Of a stretch of 64,000 bases of DNA, positions 30,766-40,951 are shown piece by piece (positions within the stretch are counted from its first letter, which is position 1; each line of letters begins with the position of its first letter). The stretch is from Polyangiaceae bacterium (GTDB lineage Bacteria > Myxococcota_A > Polyangia > Polyangiales > Polyangiaceae). The notes below the pieces were generated by a model. The model made no database searches and was not told the origin of the DNA. It was given only the letters and a program-made list of their open reading frames with translations. Position numbers and translations under genes: made by a program. The stretch spans positions 1-64,000 of the forward strand of contig JBGANF010000002.1 in the NCBI GenBank assembly GCA_044222475.1, given 5' to 3'.

Positions 30766-31821
30766 ATGCACCGCCTTCGAGCGATCACCGCCGAGACGCC
30801 CGAGTCGCTCGCCAAGGCGTGCGCGTCGGTGACGCTCGCCGAGGCGCGGAAGGTCGTGAGCGCGGTGCACAAGCGCGGCGGGCTCGCCGCGCGGCCGATC
30901 GCTCAGGTGCGCCGGCTGGCGCTCGCGGAGATCGATGCAAACTACACGGAACCGAAGCTGGCGGTCGTCGCCGAGGAGCGGAGCGCCGTCGATCCGTTCC
31001 GCAAGCTCGTGCTCGAAGCCGCGGACGGGTCGCGCTTCGAGACGGTGCGGATCCCGCTCGAGAAGACCGGCTGCTTCAGCGTGTGCGTGAGCTCGCAGGT
31101 GGGGTGCGCGCTCGCGTGCGACTTCTGCGCGACCGGGCGGATGGGGTTGAAGCGCAACCTCGAGGTCTGGGAGATCGTCGAGCAGGTGCGCGCGGTGCGC
31201 GCGACGCTGGAACCTGGCGAGCGCATCACCGGCGTCGTGTTCCAAGGGATGGGCGAGCCGCTCGCCAACCTCGATCGCGTGCTCGCCGCGCTGCGCGTCC
31301 TCGCCGACCCGTGCGCGCAATCCATCGACGGTCGCGCGGTGACGGTGTGCACGGCGGGCATCCCGTCGGGCATCCGGAGGCTCGCGGTCGAGGCGCCGAA
31401 GGTTCGCCTGGGCCTCTCGATCGGCTCGGCGCTCGTGGACACGCGCCGGCGCCTCATGCCGATCGACGGCGCGCACCCGTTCGCCGAGGTGATCGACGCC
31501 GCGGTGTTCCACGCGCAGAAGACCGGGTACTCGCCGATGTGGGCGGTGACGCTCCTCGCCGGCGTGAACGACGGGGTCGAGCACGCGGCCGCGCTCGCCG
31601 CGGCGGCGAAGGAGTTCACCGCGCGGGCCGGCGTTCGTCCTCGCGTGAGCATCATCCCGTACAACGCGAGCGAGGGCGACCACCACGCGCGCACCGCGGA
31701 GGATGCGGAGCGCGCGTTCCGCGACGCGATGGCGGCGGAGGGGGTGTTCACCCACAAGCGCTACTCGGGGGGCGGCGGCGTCGCCGCCGCGTGCGGTCAG
31801 CTCGTCGCTAGCCGCCGATGA
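30766..31821 (+). CDS. RlmN/Cfr-family radical SAM RNA methyltransferase
   Basis: CVSSQVGCALACDFCATG, GMGEP and AACGQL motifs. Confidence 0.85.
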   Translation: MHRLRAITAETPESLAKACASVTLAEARKVVSAVHKRGGLAARPIAQVRRLALAEIDANYTEPKLAVVAEERSAVDPFRKLVLEAADGSRFETVRIPLEKTGCFSVCVSSQVGCALACDFCATGRMGLKRNLEVWEIVEQVRAVRATLEPGERITGVVFQGMGEPLANLDRVLAALRVLADPCAQSIDGRAVTVCTAGIPSGIRRLAVEAPKVRLGLSIGSALVDTRRRLMPIDGAHPFAEVIDAAVFHAQKTGYSPMWAVTLLAGVNDGVEHAAALAAAAKEFTARAGVRPRVSIIPYNASEGDHHARTAEDAERAFRDAMAAEGVFTHKRYSGGGGVAAACGQLVASRR

Positions 31822-32761
31822 TCGTCGAGCTGATGTTCACGTGGGCCACACCGGAGCCTTCGTTCCCGGCGTTGTCCTTGACCGTGACCTTCACGTCGAG
31901 CGGCTTGCCGAGAAACTGCTGCAGATCCGTGCCGAGCGCGTCGAGCTGGAAGCGCAGGCCATAGAGCTTGCAGTAGCCGCCCGTGTCGCCGTCGAACGTG
32001 AAGACGAAGCTCGACGGTGGCGCGGGGATGTTCGTCCCAGGTTGGGACGCCGTGAGCGTCGTCGTCGACCCCGAGCGCTTGAGGTTCTTCATCCGCAGCG
32101 CGACGTACATGTGGTGGCCGCCCTGCGGTCCCTTTTCGAGCTGGATCGTCTGCCCGTCGGTGAGGGGTAGGTAGTCGGTCTGCCCGGTGCCGACGACGAC
32201 CTCTGGCGCACCGGCGTTCGCGGGCCGGCAGATGTCGGGGAGATCGTTGGGCCAGTTCGGCTTGTAGGTCTCGAGGTCGCCGGGGAACACCTCGTCGTTC
32301 GAGCACTGACCGGCGATGCACGTCTGGTTCGGCAGCTTGCACTCCGGGCCGGGCACGCCGCCGAGCACGAGCGTGAGGCAACGCCCTTCGAGGCGGAGAC
32401 GGAGGAGCTTGTCCTGGCCGGGGACCATTTGGGTGCGCGCCGTGCGCACGATGGTGGTGGGACCGGTCGGGTCGGGGCCCGGGTACGCGTCGATTCGGAC
32501 GCCGACGCGGGCGCTCGCGTTTCCCTTCGGGTCGACCTTGATCTCGCGCGGGAGGAGCGCCGTGCCCCCGTTGGTCGAGTAGGTCTCGTTGGCTTGGGCC
32601 ACGCCGTCGACGGTCGTCGTGACGTGAAGCGAGCCGATCGCGCCGCCGAGGTCCTCGCTCTGGATTCCGATGATGAGCGAGCCGGGCGTGTCCGTGTGGG
32701 TCGTGCAGGCGAGGGCCACCAGGCCGCAGCCGAAGAAGGCGAGGGGAGGGAAACGACGCAT
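31808..32761 (-). CDS. hypothetical lipoprotein
   Basis: ALAC lipobox, Cys cluster, GPQGGHH motif. Confidence 0.75.
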   Translation of the reverse strand: MRRFPPLAFFGCGLVALACTTHTDTPGSLIIGIQSEDLGGAIGSLHVTTTVDGVAQANETYSTNGGTALLPREIKVDPKGNASARVGVRIDAYPGPDPTGPTTIVRTARTQMVPGQDKLLRLRLEGRCLTLVLGGVPGPECKLPNQTCIAGQCSNDEVFPGDLETYKPNWPNDLPDICRPANAGAPEVVVGTGQTDYLPLTDGQTIQLEKGPQGGHHMYVALRMKNLKRSGSTTTLTASQPGTNIPAPPSSFVFTFDGDTGGYCKLYGLRFQLDALGTDLQQFLGKPLDVKVTVKDNAGNEGSGVAHVNISSTIIGG

Positions 32762-32857
32762 CTACGGTAGGATCGTAGCAAATCGCGGGCCAGCGCGTCG
32801 AAGCGGCCGAAGGCCACGAATTCACGGCGCCGTTTCTGTGCCGCGCTGTGCCGGGTC

Positions 32858-34231
32858 TTGAGTAAGCTCGCCGCCATGATCCGGGCGCCAGGCTTCGGGC
32901 GGCGTCGTCCGATCGCGATCGCGGCGATCGCCGCGGCAGCGGCGACGCTCGCATGCACGAGCTCGGCGCACGCCTCCCCGGAGGACATCTTCGGCTACGG
33001 CCCTCGCGCGTCGGCGATGGGCGGCGCGTCCACCGCAATCAGCGACGACTACGAGGCGACCTACGGCAACCCGGCGCTCCTCTCCAGGATCCGGCGCGCG
33101 CGGCTCGCGATCGGACTCACCGGTGCGACGTTCGATCTCCACGCCACCGGCGATGGGCTCCCAGGTCGCGTGTCCGTCCTCCCCGCCGTCGGCTCGGTGA
33201 TCGGCGTCGACTTTCCGCTCCCGTTCGGCGGCATCCTCGCGAAGCGGCTGGCGCTGGGGTTCGCGTTCTACACCCCGTCCGACGTCATCGTGCGCGGGCG
33301 CATCTTGTACCCCGAGACGCCGCAGTTTCCGCTTCTCCCGGATCGCGCGCAGTGCCTCGCCATCCGCGCCGGCGCCGGGCTCGACATCGGCTACGGAATC
33401 CGCCTCGGCGCCGGGTTCGGCGCGCTCGCCGAGATCGTCGGCACCGTGCTCGTCGCGACCGATGCGTCCGGCAAGGTCGGCTCGCGCGTCGAGGATCAGC
33501 TGATCGCGACGTATGCACCGGTGTTCGGCGCTTCGTTCGAGCGGCCCGCCTTCGGCGGCGTTCTCCGCGGCGGCGCGGTCTTCCGCGGCGCGCTCGACGC
33601 GCGCTTCTCGATCGACATCGACGCCACCAAGCTGAGCTCGATCAACATCCCCGTGTTCAACATCGCCGGGCTCGCGCAGTACGACCCGATGCAGGTCGCT
33701 GCCGAAGTCGCGTGGGAGTCCACGCGTTGGCGGTTCACCGGCGGCATCACCTACAAACACTGGAGCGCCTACCCAGGCCTGATCGAGCCCACCATCCGCT
33801 GCCCGGCCGACGAGCCCGATTGCGGCGCGCTTCAACCGGTGAAGCTCGCGTTCTCCGGCACGGTCGTACCGAGGGTCGGCGTCGAGCACGTCCTTCCGCT
33901 GAGCTCGACGGCGAACGCGTCGATCCGCGGCGGGTACTTCTTCGAGATGACGCCGACGCCCTCGCAGCTCCCGTCGTCGCAAGCGTGGGACGTGCCGTCG
34001 GCGAGCCTCGTCCCGGTGCCGACGCGCTTCTTCGATGCGTCGCGCCACGTGCTCACCGCCGGCTTCGGGATCCGCGTCACGAAGCCGCTCACGTTCAGCG
34101 CCGACACGTACGCGCAGGTGCACGTCCTGCACCCTCGCACCATCAGCCTCGACACCGGCGGCACCACCTCGAACGCCGAGATCTCCGGCGTCGTCGTCGC
34201 GACCGGCATCGTCCTCGGGGTGGGGTTCTGA
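32858..34231 (+). CDS. FadL/OmpP1/TodX-family outer-membrane transporter, copy 1
   Basis: FGYGPRASAMGGA hatch, YGNPA motif, beta strands, terminal GVGF; start uncertain (ATG 32877 possible). Confidence 0.8.
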   Translation: MSKLAAMIRAPGFGRRRPIAIAAIAAAAATLACTSSAHASPEDIFGYGPRASAMGGASTAISDDYEATYGNPALLSRIRRARLAIGLTGATFDLHATGDGLPGRVSVLPAVGSVIGVDFPLPFGGILAKRLALGFAFYTPSDVIVRGRILYPETPQFPLLPDRAQCLAIRAGAGLDIGYGIRLGAGFGALAEIVGTVLVATDASGKVGSRVEDQLIATYAPVFGASFERPAFGGVLRGGAVFRGALDARFSIDIDATKLSSINIPVFNIAGLAQYDPMQVAAEVAWESTRWRFTGGITYKHWSAYPGLIEPTIRCPADEPDCGALQPVKLAFSGTVVPRVGVEHVLPLSSTANASIRGGYFFEMTPTPSQLPSSQAWDVPSASLVPVPTRFFDASRHVLTAGFGIRVTKPLTFSADTYAQVHVLHPRTISLDTGGTTSNAEISGVVVATGIVLGVGF

Positions 34232-35568
34232 TGCGTCGCGCCCTCTTCGGCCTGTCGCTCGCCTTCGCGGTCGCGCTGCCGCGCGTCGCCTCCGCGAACC
34301 CGATGGACGCGTTCGGCTTCGGCTCGCGCGGACCGGCGATGGGCGGCGCCGTCGCCGCCGACGTGAGCGACGTGTCCGCCGGGTACTACAACCCTGCCGG
34401 TCTCGCTCGCGCGCCCGGCATCGAGCTCAGCGTCGGCTACTTCCGCGCGACGCACTACCTGAAGACGAACGACCGAGACAACCAAGTCGACCCGGTCTCG
34501 GGGCTCGTCGGCGGGATTCTGCTGCCGGGGAAGGTTCTCGGCATCCCGGTCGCGTTCGGCGTCGCGGTCCACCTCCCCGACGATCGCATCTCGCGCGTGC
34601 GCGCTCTCCGGCAAGAGCAGGTGCGGTGGGAGCTCTACGACAACCGAAACCAGCGCCTCTTCCTCGCGGCGAACCTGGCGATCTCGCCGTGGCCGTGGCT
34701 CCAGCTCGGCGGAGGGATCTCGTTCATGTCGTCCACCGCCGGTCGACTCGACATCACCGGGAGCGCGAACATCTTCAACGCGACGCAGTCGCAGCTCCGG
34801 CACGAGGTCGACGCGTACCTCACGGCGGTTCGGTATCCGCAGCTCGGCGCCCGGGTCGAGCTCTCGAAGCGGGCCGCCCTCGCGGTCGTCTACCGCGGCG
34901 AGTTCCGGCTCGAGCTCGATCTCAAGGCGCACCTCTACGGCGACCTCTCGCAACTCACGACGGCGTACTACGCGCTCGCCGCCTACAGCATCAACGCGTT
35001 CCTCCCGCAGCAGGTCGTCTTCGGCGGAGCGTTCCGTCCGATCGACCGCGTGCGCGTGAACGCCGACCTCACGTGGGTGAACTGGGGTGCGTACATCCCG
35101 CCGGTCGCGACGCTCACCGCCGATCTCGACATCCCACCACCCCAGGGCGGTTGGCCACCCGGCATCAACCCACCCTCGAAGCCGACGCCGAACACGATCG
35201 CGCCGTCGCTCTTCCGCGACCGCATCGTGCCCCACGTCGGCGTCGAGGTGACCGTGCTCGACCTCCCGCACTGGGAGGTCGACGTCCGCGGCGGCTACGA
35301 GTGGGCGCGCACACCGATCGGAGCGCAGACCGGCGTCACGAACTACCTCGATCGCGATCGCCACTCGTTCTCGCTCGGCGCCGGGGTGAAGCTGATGAAC
35401 CCGGGGCCGTTCTTCCCCGGGGACCTGCGCCTCGACTTCCACACCACGTTCGGTTGGCTCCCGTCGAGCGTGACGACGAAGTCGGATCCGGCGGACCTCG
35501 TCGGCGACTACTCGGCTGGCGGAACCATCTGGAGCGGCGGAGTCAACCTGGCGGCGGGGTTCCGATGA
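34231..35568 (+). CDS. FadL/OmpP1/TodX-family outer-membrane transporter, copy 2
   Basis: FGFGSRGPAMGGA and YYNPAGL motifs; ATG overlaps the previous TGA. Confidence 0.82.
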   Translation: MRRALFGLSLAFAVALPRVASANPMDAFGFGSRGPAMGGAVAADVSDVSAGYYNPAGLARAPGIELSVGYFRATHYLKTNDRDNQVDPVSGLVGGILLPGKVLGIPVAFGVAVHLPDDRISRVRALRQEQVRWELYDNRNQRLFLAANLAISPWPWLQLGGGISFMSSTAGRLDITGSANIFNATQSQLRHEVDAYLTAVRYPQLGARVELSKRAALAVVYRGEFRLELDLKAHLYGDLSQLTTAYYALAAYSINAFLPQQVVFGGAFRPIDRVRVNADLTWVNWGAYIPPVATLTADLDIPPPQGGWPPGINPPSKPTPNTIAPSLFRDRIVPHVGVEVTVLDLPHWEVDVRGGYEWARTPIGAQTGVTNYLDRDRHSFSLGAGVKLMNPGPFFPGDLRLDFHTTFGWLPSSVTTKSDPADLVGDYSAGGTIWSGGVNLAAGFR

Positions 35569-36593
35569 GACTGGCGATCCTCTCTCTCGTGCTCTTGCCG
35601 ATCGCGTGCGCGACGGTCGGCGGACCCGGTCTGGGTGACGTGGACCTCCCGAGCTCGGGGGTCGGCCCGTTCCGCAAGCTCACCTCGTCCGAGGTGCAGA
35701 CGACCGCGCCCTTCCTCCTCGACGATCCGCTCCTGCGTTGGCGTGATCCTGGCGTCCTGCCGCTCGGCGGCACCGAGGTCGCGCTCTACGCCGTCGTCGA
35801 TCGCGACGTCGCCGGCGAGAAGCGCGAGGTCATCGTGCGCTCGCGCGCGACCGACGGTCGCACGTTCTTCGGTGGCCGCGGCGGGCAGGTGCCGCCGATC
35901 GCCGTGATCGCCGACGCTCCGTGGGAGGGACGGGTCGTGAGTGGTCCGTCGCCGGTCCGCATCGGTGGTGACATCTGGCTGTACTACGCGGCCGACGGCG
36001 GGATCGGGCGCGCGCGCTCGAGCGACGGCATCGCGTTCACGAAGGAGCCCGCGCCGGTGCTGGCGAACGACGCGACCCACGTCTTCCACGCACCGTCGGT
36101 CGTGGTCTTCCCCGACGGCCGAGTCCACCTCTTCGCGAGCGCGGGCAACGCGTTCTACGAGGTCGTGGGCGACGGCAAGAGCTTCAGCCCACCGGCGCTC
36201 GTCCTCGACGCGGCGACGGTCGCCACCGAGGCCGGCGTGGTCGTCGAGTCGATCGAGGACCCGCTCGCGCTCGTCCGGGTGACCGCCGCCGGGCGTACCC
36301 ATGTGCGTGTGCTCTACACGTCCACGGTCACAGGACCTACGGTAGGTGCCACGAGCGCGATCGCACTGGCCGCGCGCTACGGCGACGACGGCGTCCTCTC
36401 CCGCGCGCAGACCGGTCCGGTGTTCTCCGCCACCGAGACCCAGCGCTCGCCGGCGGTGGCCGAGCTCGGCGACTACTCGCTGCTCTACGTCGTCGACGTC
36501 CGCAGGAACACGACCCACCCGAGCCTCGTCGGCGCCGTCGGGCCCGCGACGGTGACGTTGCCGCCGCCGGACGAGTACCCAGGGAGCCCGTGA
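35565..36593 (+). CDS. lipoprotein with glycoside-hydrolase-like beta-propeller
   Basis: PIAC lipobox; RDPGV, GPSPV...WLYY...IGRARSSDGIAF, APSVV and EDP blade motifs; ATGA overlap. Confidence 0.65.
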   Translation: MRLAILSLVLLPIACATVGGPGLGDVDLPSSGVGPFRKLTSSEVQTTAPFLLDDPLLRWRDPGVLPLGGTEVALYAVVDRDVAGEKREVIVRSRATDGRTFFGGRGGQVPPIAVIADAPWEGRVVSGPSPVRIGGDIWLYYAADGGIGRARSSDGIAFTKEPAPVLANDATHVFHAPSVVVFPDGRVHLFASAGNAFYEVVGDGKSFSPPALVLDAATVATEAGVVVESIEDPLALVRVTAAGRTHVRVLYTSTVTGPTVGATSAIALAARYGDDGVLSRAQTGPVFSATETQRSPAVAELGDYSLLYVVDVRRNTTHPSLVGAVGPATVTLPPPDEYPGSP

Positions 36594-37390
36594 TCCCGAC
36601 CGCGATCGAGTACGCCGCCGCCGGCACCGGAGGCGCCTTCCTCATCGGCGTCGCCTCGTACATCGCGGTGTCGTACGTCGTCGCCGCCCGGTTCACCGAC
36701 GCGCGGCCGTTCTCGGCCGCGGTTCGTCACGTCATGCGCGAGATGCTCCTCGCGACGCTCGTGCAGCCCCTCCTGCCGCTGTTCATCTTCTTCGGCCGCA
36801 GCATGGGCGGGCGCCGCGATGGCGTGCCGATCGTCTTCGTCCACGGCTACTTCCAGAACCGCGCCGACTTCGTCTGGCTGGCTCGCGTCCTGCGGCGCGA
36901 GGGCTTCGGTCCGCTCTACGGGGTGAACTACTGGTCCTTCGGCCCGGTGGAGCGGAGCGCGCGGGTCGTCGCGCGGTTCGCCGAGGAGGTCCGCAAGGCC
37001 CACGGCGTGGAGAAGGTGGACCTCGTGTGCCACTCGCTCGGCGGGCTCGTCGCCGCCGAGATTGCCCGTACTCATCCCAATTTGGTACGAAGGTGCGTCA
37101 CCATCGCGTCCCCGCACGCCGGGATCGCCTGGCCGGGGCCGATCCTGGGCGGCGTCGGTAGGCAGATGCGGAGCGACGGAGAGTGGATGAGCGAACGCTC
37201 GCAGTCCCGCTGGGAGGTGCCGCTCCTCAGCATCTACTCGACCCACGACAACATCGTGTACCCGTGGCGCACGTCCTCCCGTGCGTCCGTCGGCGGGCGC
37301 GACCTGCTGATCGAGGGGCCGGGCCATTTCGCGATCCTGTTCGACGACACCATGGCTCGGGCGGTCGTCGGATTTCTCCGCGAGCCGTAA
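36590..37390 (+). CDS. membrane-anchored lipase/esterase (alpha/beta hydrolase)
   Basis: PIVFVHG, CHSLGG, ASPHAG, HDNIV and GPGHF motifs; N-terminal TM segments. Confidence 0.85.
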   Translation: MIPTAIEYAAAGTGGAFLIGVASYIAVSYVVAARFTDARPFSAAVRHVMREMLLATLVQPLLPLFIFFGRSMGGRRDGVPIVFVHGYFQNRADFVWLARVLRREGFGPLYGVNYWSFGPVERSARVVARFAEEVRKAHGVEKVDLVCHSLGGLVAAEIARTHPNLVRRCVTIASPHAGIAWPGPILGGVGRQMRSDGEWMSERSQSRWEVPLLSIYSTHDNIVYPWRTSSRASVGGRDLLIEGPGHFAILFDDTMARAVVGFLREP

Positions 37391-37415
37391 TCCCCCCTGG
37401 TAGGCTCAGCCCTTC

Positions 37416-38444
37416 ATGGAATTCTTCGTCGGGATGTTCCTCGGCGCGCTCTTCGTGACGCCGCTCGTCCTCACGTATGCGTTGTTCATCCGCTGGGTCG
37501 ATCGCTTCGAGCCCGAGCCCTGGTGGCTGCTGATCGCAGCGTTCATCTGGGGTGCGCTGTTCGCGACGATCGGCGGCGGCACCTTCAGCGCCATCGGTGA
37601 AGGGTTCGCCAGCGCGATGAGCGGCCTCCCCGCGGAGGACGAGGGGATCCAAGCGTTCGGGGCCACCGTCCTCGCTCCCGTGTTCGAAGAAGGCTTCAAG
37701 GGCCTCGGGGTCGCGATCATCGCGGCCGTCAGCGCGATGGGCCTCAAGGAGCTCGACGGCCCGCTCGACGGCGCGATCTACGGCGGAATCGTCGGGCTTG
37801 GCTTCACCCTGACCGAAGACATCCTGTACGTCGCCGGAGCGTACTCGGAGGGCGGCCTCGGCGGCTTCGTCGGCCTGCTCTTCCTGCGCACGGTGCTGCT
37901 CGGGCTGTCGCACTGCACGTTCACCGCGTGCACCGGCCTCGGGTTCGGCATCGCGGTCGAGTCGCGCAGCTGGTTCGTGAAGATCATGGCGCCGATGTTC
38001 GGCTTCTTCTGCGCGATGTGCATGCACGCGATGCACAACGCCCTGCCGACGTTCTTCGAGGCCGAGGGCACCGTCCTCATGATCCTCATCTCGTGGTTCA
38101 TCGATCTCCTCTTCTTCATCCTCCTCGGGTCCCTCGTCGCGCGAGACCGCGCGATCGTCGTACGCGAGCTCGCGCCCGAGGTCGGTGGCTTGCTCCACCC
38201 TCAGGAGCTCAAGCTGATCACCACGTACATCACGATCGGGATGCGCAACTGGGGCATCCTCTTCTCCAAAGGGTGGACGGCGTTTCGTCAGCGCCGCACG
38301 AAGCAGCTCGCCCTCGTGGAGCTCGCGTTCATCAAGAACCGCCGCCGCCGCGGCGAGCAGGGCAGGGACCTCGACATGAAGGAGGCGAAGCTCCGCAACG
38401 AGGTCGCAGTGCTGAACCAGCGCGGCGTGTGGCTGGGCTCCTGA
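37416..38444 (+). CDS. PrsW-family intramembrane metalloprotease
   Basis: DRFEPEP, APVFEEGFKG, DGAIYG..VGLGF...ED, HCTFT and HAMHN motifs. Confidence 0.9.
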   Translation: MEFFVGMFLGALFVTPLVLTYALFIRWVDRFEPEPWWLLIAAFIWGALFATIGGGTFSAIGEGFASAMSGLPAEDEGIQAFGATVLAPVFEEGFKGLGVAIIAAVSAMGLKELDGPLDGAIYGGIVGLGFTLTEDILYVAGAYSEGGLGGFVGLLFLRTVLLGLSHCTFTACTGLGFGIAVESRSWFVKIMAPMFGFFCAMCMHAMHNALPTFFEAEGTVLMILISWFIDLLFFILLGSLVARDRAIVVRELAPEVGGLLHPQELKLITTYITIGMRNWGILFSKGWTAFRQRRTKQLALVELAFIKNRRRRGEQGRDLDMKEAKLRNEVAVLNQRGVWLGS

Positions 38445-38451
38445 GACGCGA

Positions 38452-39960
38452 CTACAGCGCCTTGGCCTTCACGATCTGCTTCGGCGGCTCCGGGATCATG
38501 ACGTAGCCGCCGGGGATGTGGTCGTACTCGTAGTAGTTGCCGGTGACGGTCTTCTTGGAGCCGTCGCTCAGCGTGATCGTGACGGTCTTCTCTTCGCCCA
38601 TGAGCGGCGTGCGGACCTCGAAGTGGTCACCGATGCTCGTCGTGCCGTCTGGCAGGACGTAGATCTGGCGGTACGGGCGCGGGGTGTCCCAGAAGACCGT
38701 CTTGGCGCCGTTGATGGCGACGATGCGCGTGAAGAGCGCCTTGTACGTGTAGCCGCTGATCCACTTGGGATCGCAGTACCCCATGATGTCCTTCGGCTTC
38801 GATCCGTCGGAGATGTTCTCGCCGTTCGGCCCGAACAGCGCGCCCGTGTCGATGTCGTAGCCCCACGTGCCGATGCCGCCGGTCGAGTCCGGGAAGCCGG
38901 GGTCGATGCCTTGCGCGCCGCCGCACGGCGCGTGGTTGCGACCGTGCGCGTGGCCGATCTCGTGAGCCATCGTCTGCCCGGTTCCCTGCGCGTAGTTGCC
39001 GCCGTAGCCGAGGCCGATGCCGGCGCGCGCCCACGCGTCGCCGATGTTGGCCGACAGGTTCGACAGCCCCGCGACGCAGCCGTTGCCGCAGTAGCTGGCG
39101 AAGCTCGCGTTGGGCTTGAAGACTCCGTAGTAGTAGATGTCCGCGGCGGCGCCGTCGCTCTGCCGCTTCTGCGTGAGCGCGTTGAGCAGCGGACCCCAGC
39201 CGCCGCTGCCGTTTGCCGCCGGCAGCGAGCCGCCGAAGCTCAACGCCGGCTGCACGCTGATCTCCACGTTGGGGATGGGGTAGATCTTGCGCACTTCCTT
39301 GAGCCAGATCGCCACCGAGCTCGCGTCGGAGTCGCCGGTCAGGCCGTTGGCGGTCAGCGTGATCGGGAACAAGCGGATCTTCACCAGCGCGCCGGAGCTC
39401 TTCGCGCCGAGCGGCGTCTCGCTCCCGTCGCGTGGCCAGCGCGCGGGGATGTCGCCCGTCTGCGTCTCCGCCGGGCCGGTCTCGAGCACGGAGACGCTCA
39501 AGGTGCTGTCGGTGTCGATTTTCGATCCGTCGACGGTGAAGTCGAACGTCGTCTGTTGATCGGCTTCGACCGACGGTCCTTGGATCGAGCGCAGGCTCTT
39601 GATGATGCTCAACGAGCCGCCCGTTCGCAGGTAGAGCTTGCCGGTCAGGTTCTTCGCGGTGAAGCTCGGGTCCGTCTTCAGGAACACGCGCACCAGCGCC
39701 GCGCGCTTCGCGACGATCGGCGCCACCGGCGGCACCGGACCGCCGTTTCGCATCAGGTCGATCTTGACGGCTTGGTAGATCGCGACCTCGTCGACGGTGA
39801 CGCCGACGGCGTACTTCTCCGCGAGCGTGCCGCCTCCATCCGCGCTGGGATCGGCGTCGGGATCGACGGCGGCGTCGGGATCGAAGGTGGTGTTCGCGGT
39901 GCCTGCGCACGCGAGAGTGAAGAGAGCGACAAGCGAAGGAACGAGGCGGAGGGTCTTCAC
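38452..39960 (-). CDS. secreted zinc metallopeptidase lipoprotein (M66-like metzincin)
   Basis: HEIGHAHGRNH, WGYD and DIMGY Met-turn; TLAC lipobox; GTG 39960. Confidence 0.8.
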   Translation of the reverse strand: MKTLRLVPSLVALFTLACAGTANTTFDPDAAVDPDADPSADGGGTLAEKYAVGVTVDEVAIYQAVKIDLMRNGGPVPPVAPIVAKRAALVRVFLKTDPSFTAKNLTGKLYLRTGGSLSIIKSLRSIQGPSVEADQQTTFDFTVDGSKIDTDSTLSVSVLETGPAETQTGDIPARWPRDGSETPLGAKSSGALVKIRLFPITLTANGLTGDSDASSVAIWLKEVRKIYPIPNVEISVQPALSFGGSLPAANGSGGWGPLLNALTQKRQSDGAAADIYYYGVFKPNASFASYCGNGCVAGLSNLSANIGDAWARAGIGLGYGGNYAQGTGQTMAHEIGHAHGRNHAPCGGAQGIDPGFPDSTGGIGTWGYDIDTGALFGPNGENISDGSKPKDIMGYCDPKWISGYTYKALFTRIVAINGAKTVFWDTPRPYRQIYVLPDGTTSIGDHFEVRTPLMGEEKTVTITLSDGSKKTVTGNYYEYDHIPGGYVMIPEPPKQIVKAKAL

Positions 39961-40057
39961 GGTCCACCATTTTACGGGTGTCGTCGCACGTCGTCGAAGA
40001 GAAAGGTCTTTTCCTCGAAGGCTCACATTGTGGGTGAGACAAATCGCCAACGTCGGG

Positions 40058-40951
40058 TCACTCCGCGGGCAGCGTGTAGTCGTGGAACTTGGTGAGATCG
40101 AGCGTTCGCGTGCCGTCCGGGTGATCGGTGAGCACGTCGACGAAGCGGCCTTCCTCGATGATTTGCTCCCAATCCCACGAGTGGCGAGCGTGAACCGTCT
40201 GCCCGATCGTGTCGTCGTGACCCATCAGCGTGGCGATGAGACCGACCTCCTTCTCTTTCATCCACGCTGCATCTTTCTCGAAAAATGGACTCTTCTCGTC
40301 GATCTCGTGCATCGCCGTCCACGTCAACGCGAACAGCGCCGACTCGCTGCGCACGAGGTCGAGGTTCACGAGACGGCGGATCCGCTCGCCTTCGGCGGTG
40401 CGATGCATGTGCGCGACGACGACCTTCACGCTCGCCTGCACGATCTGATTGCCGCGCGCGTTCGCCATGCGGAACACGAGCGTGCGTTTGCCGTCGCGCC
40501 CCGCGATCAGCACGACGTTGGAGAACAAGACGCGGGCCGTCGGTCGCGAAAACTTCGCGAACACGAGCCCGGTGGTGAGCGCCGACGCGAGGATCCCGGC
40601 GAACGCCTCGAGCATCATGAGGACGTTCGCGATCGTCGACTCGGGTGCCATCGTCCCGTAGCCGATGGTGGCGAACGTCTCCACGCTGAAGAAGAAGTAG
40701 TCCTCGGGGTGACCCGGACGGATGTTGCTCACTCCGCCGACCAGCGCGAACAGGACGGCGAAGAGACCGTTGATCGAGAGGTATGAGACGAGGATGGTGA
40801 CGAGCGTCAGCGGCCACGAGGCGCGCATGACCCAGTGGTAGAGATCCGAGAGGGGGTGGATGCGGCCACCGACGCGGTTGACGTCGAGGCCTCGTTCGAC
40901 CCGGCTCTCTCTCGCCTCGGCGTGGACGAGGCGACGCTTCTCTTCGGTCAA
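40058..40951 (-). CDS. inward-rectifier potassium channel (KirBac)
   Basis: DLYH, FFFSVETFATIGYG filter, FAKFSRP and RMANARGN motifs; TTG start overlaps the upstream TGA. Confidence 0.9.
   Translation of the reverse strand: MTEEKRRLVHAEARESRVERGLDVNRVGGRIHPLSDLYHWVMRASWPLTLVTILVSYLSINGLFAVLFALVGGVSNIRPGHPEDYFFFSVETFATIGYGTMAPESTIANVLMMLEAFAGILASALTTGLVFAKFSRPTARVLFSNVVLIAGRDGKRTLVFRMANARGNQIVQASVKVVVAHMHRTAEGERIRRLVNLDLVRSESALFALTWTAMHEIDEKSPFFEKDAAWMKEKEVGLIATLMGHDDTIGQTVHARHSWDWEQIIEEGRFVDVLTDHPDGTRTLDLTKFHDYTLPAE

Noticed and set aside
32953..34230. 871-aa and 852-aa ORFs suggesting giant fusion proteins in the FadL operon
   Set aside because: Their N-terminal parts are off-frame overlaps; real starts with signal peptides are at 34231 and 35565.
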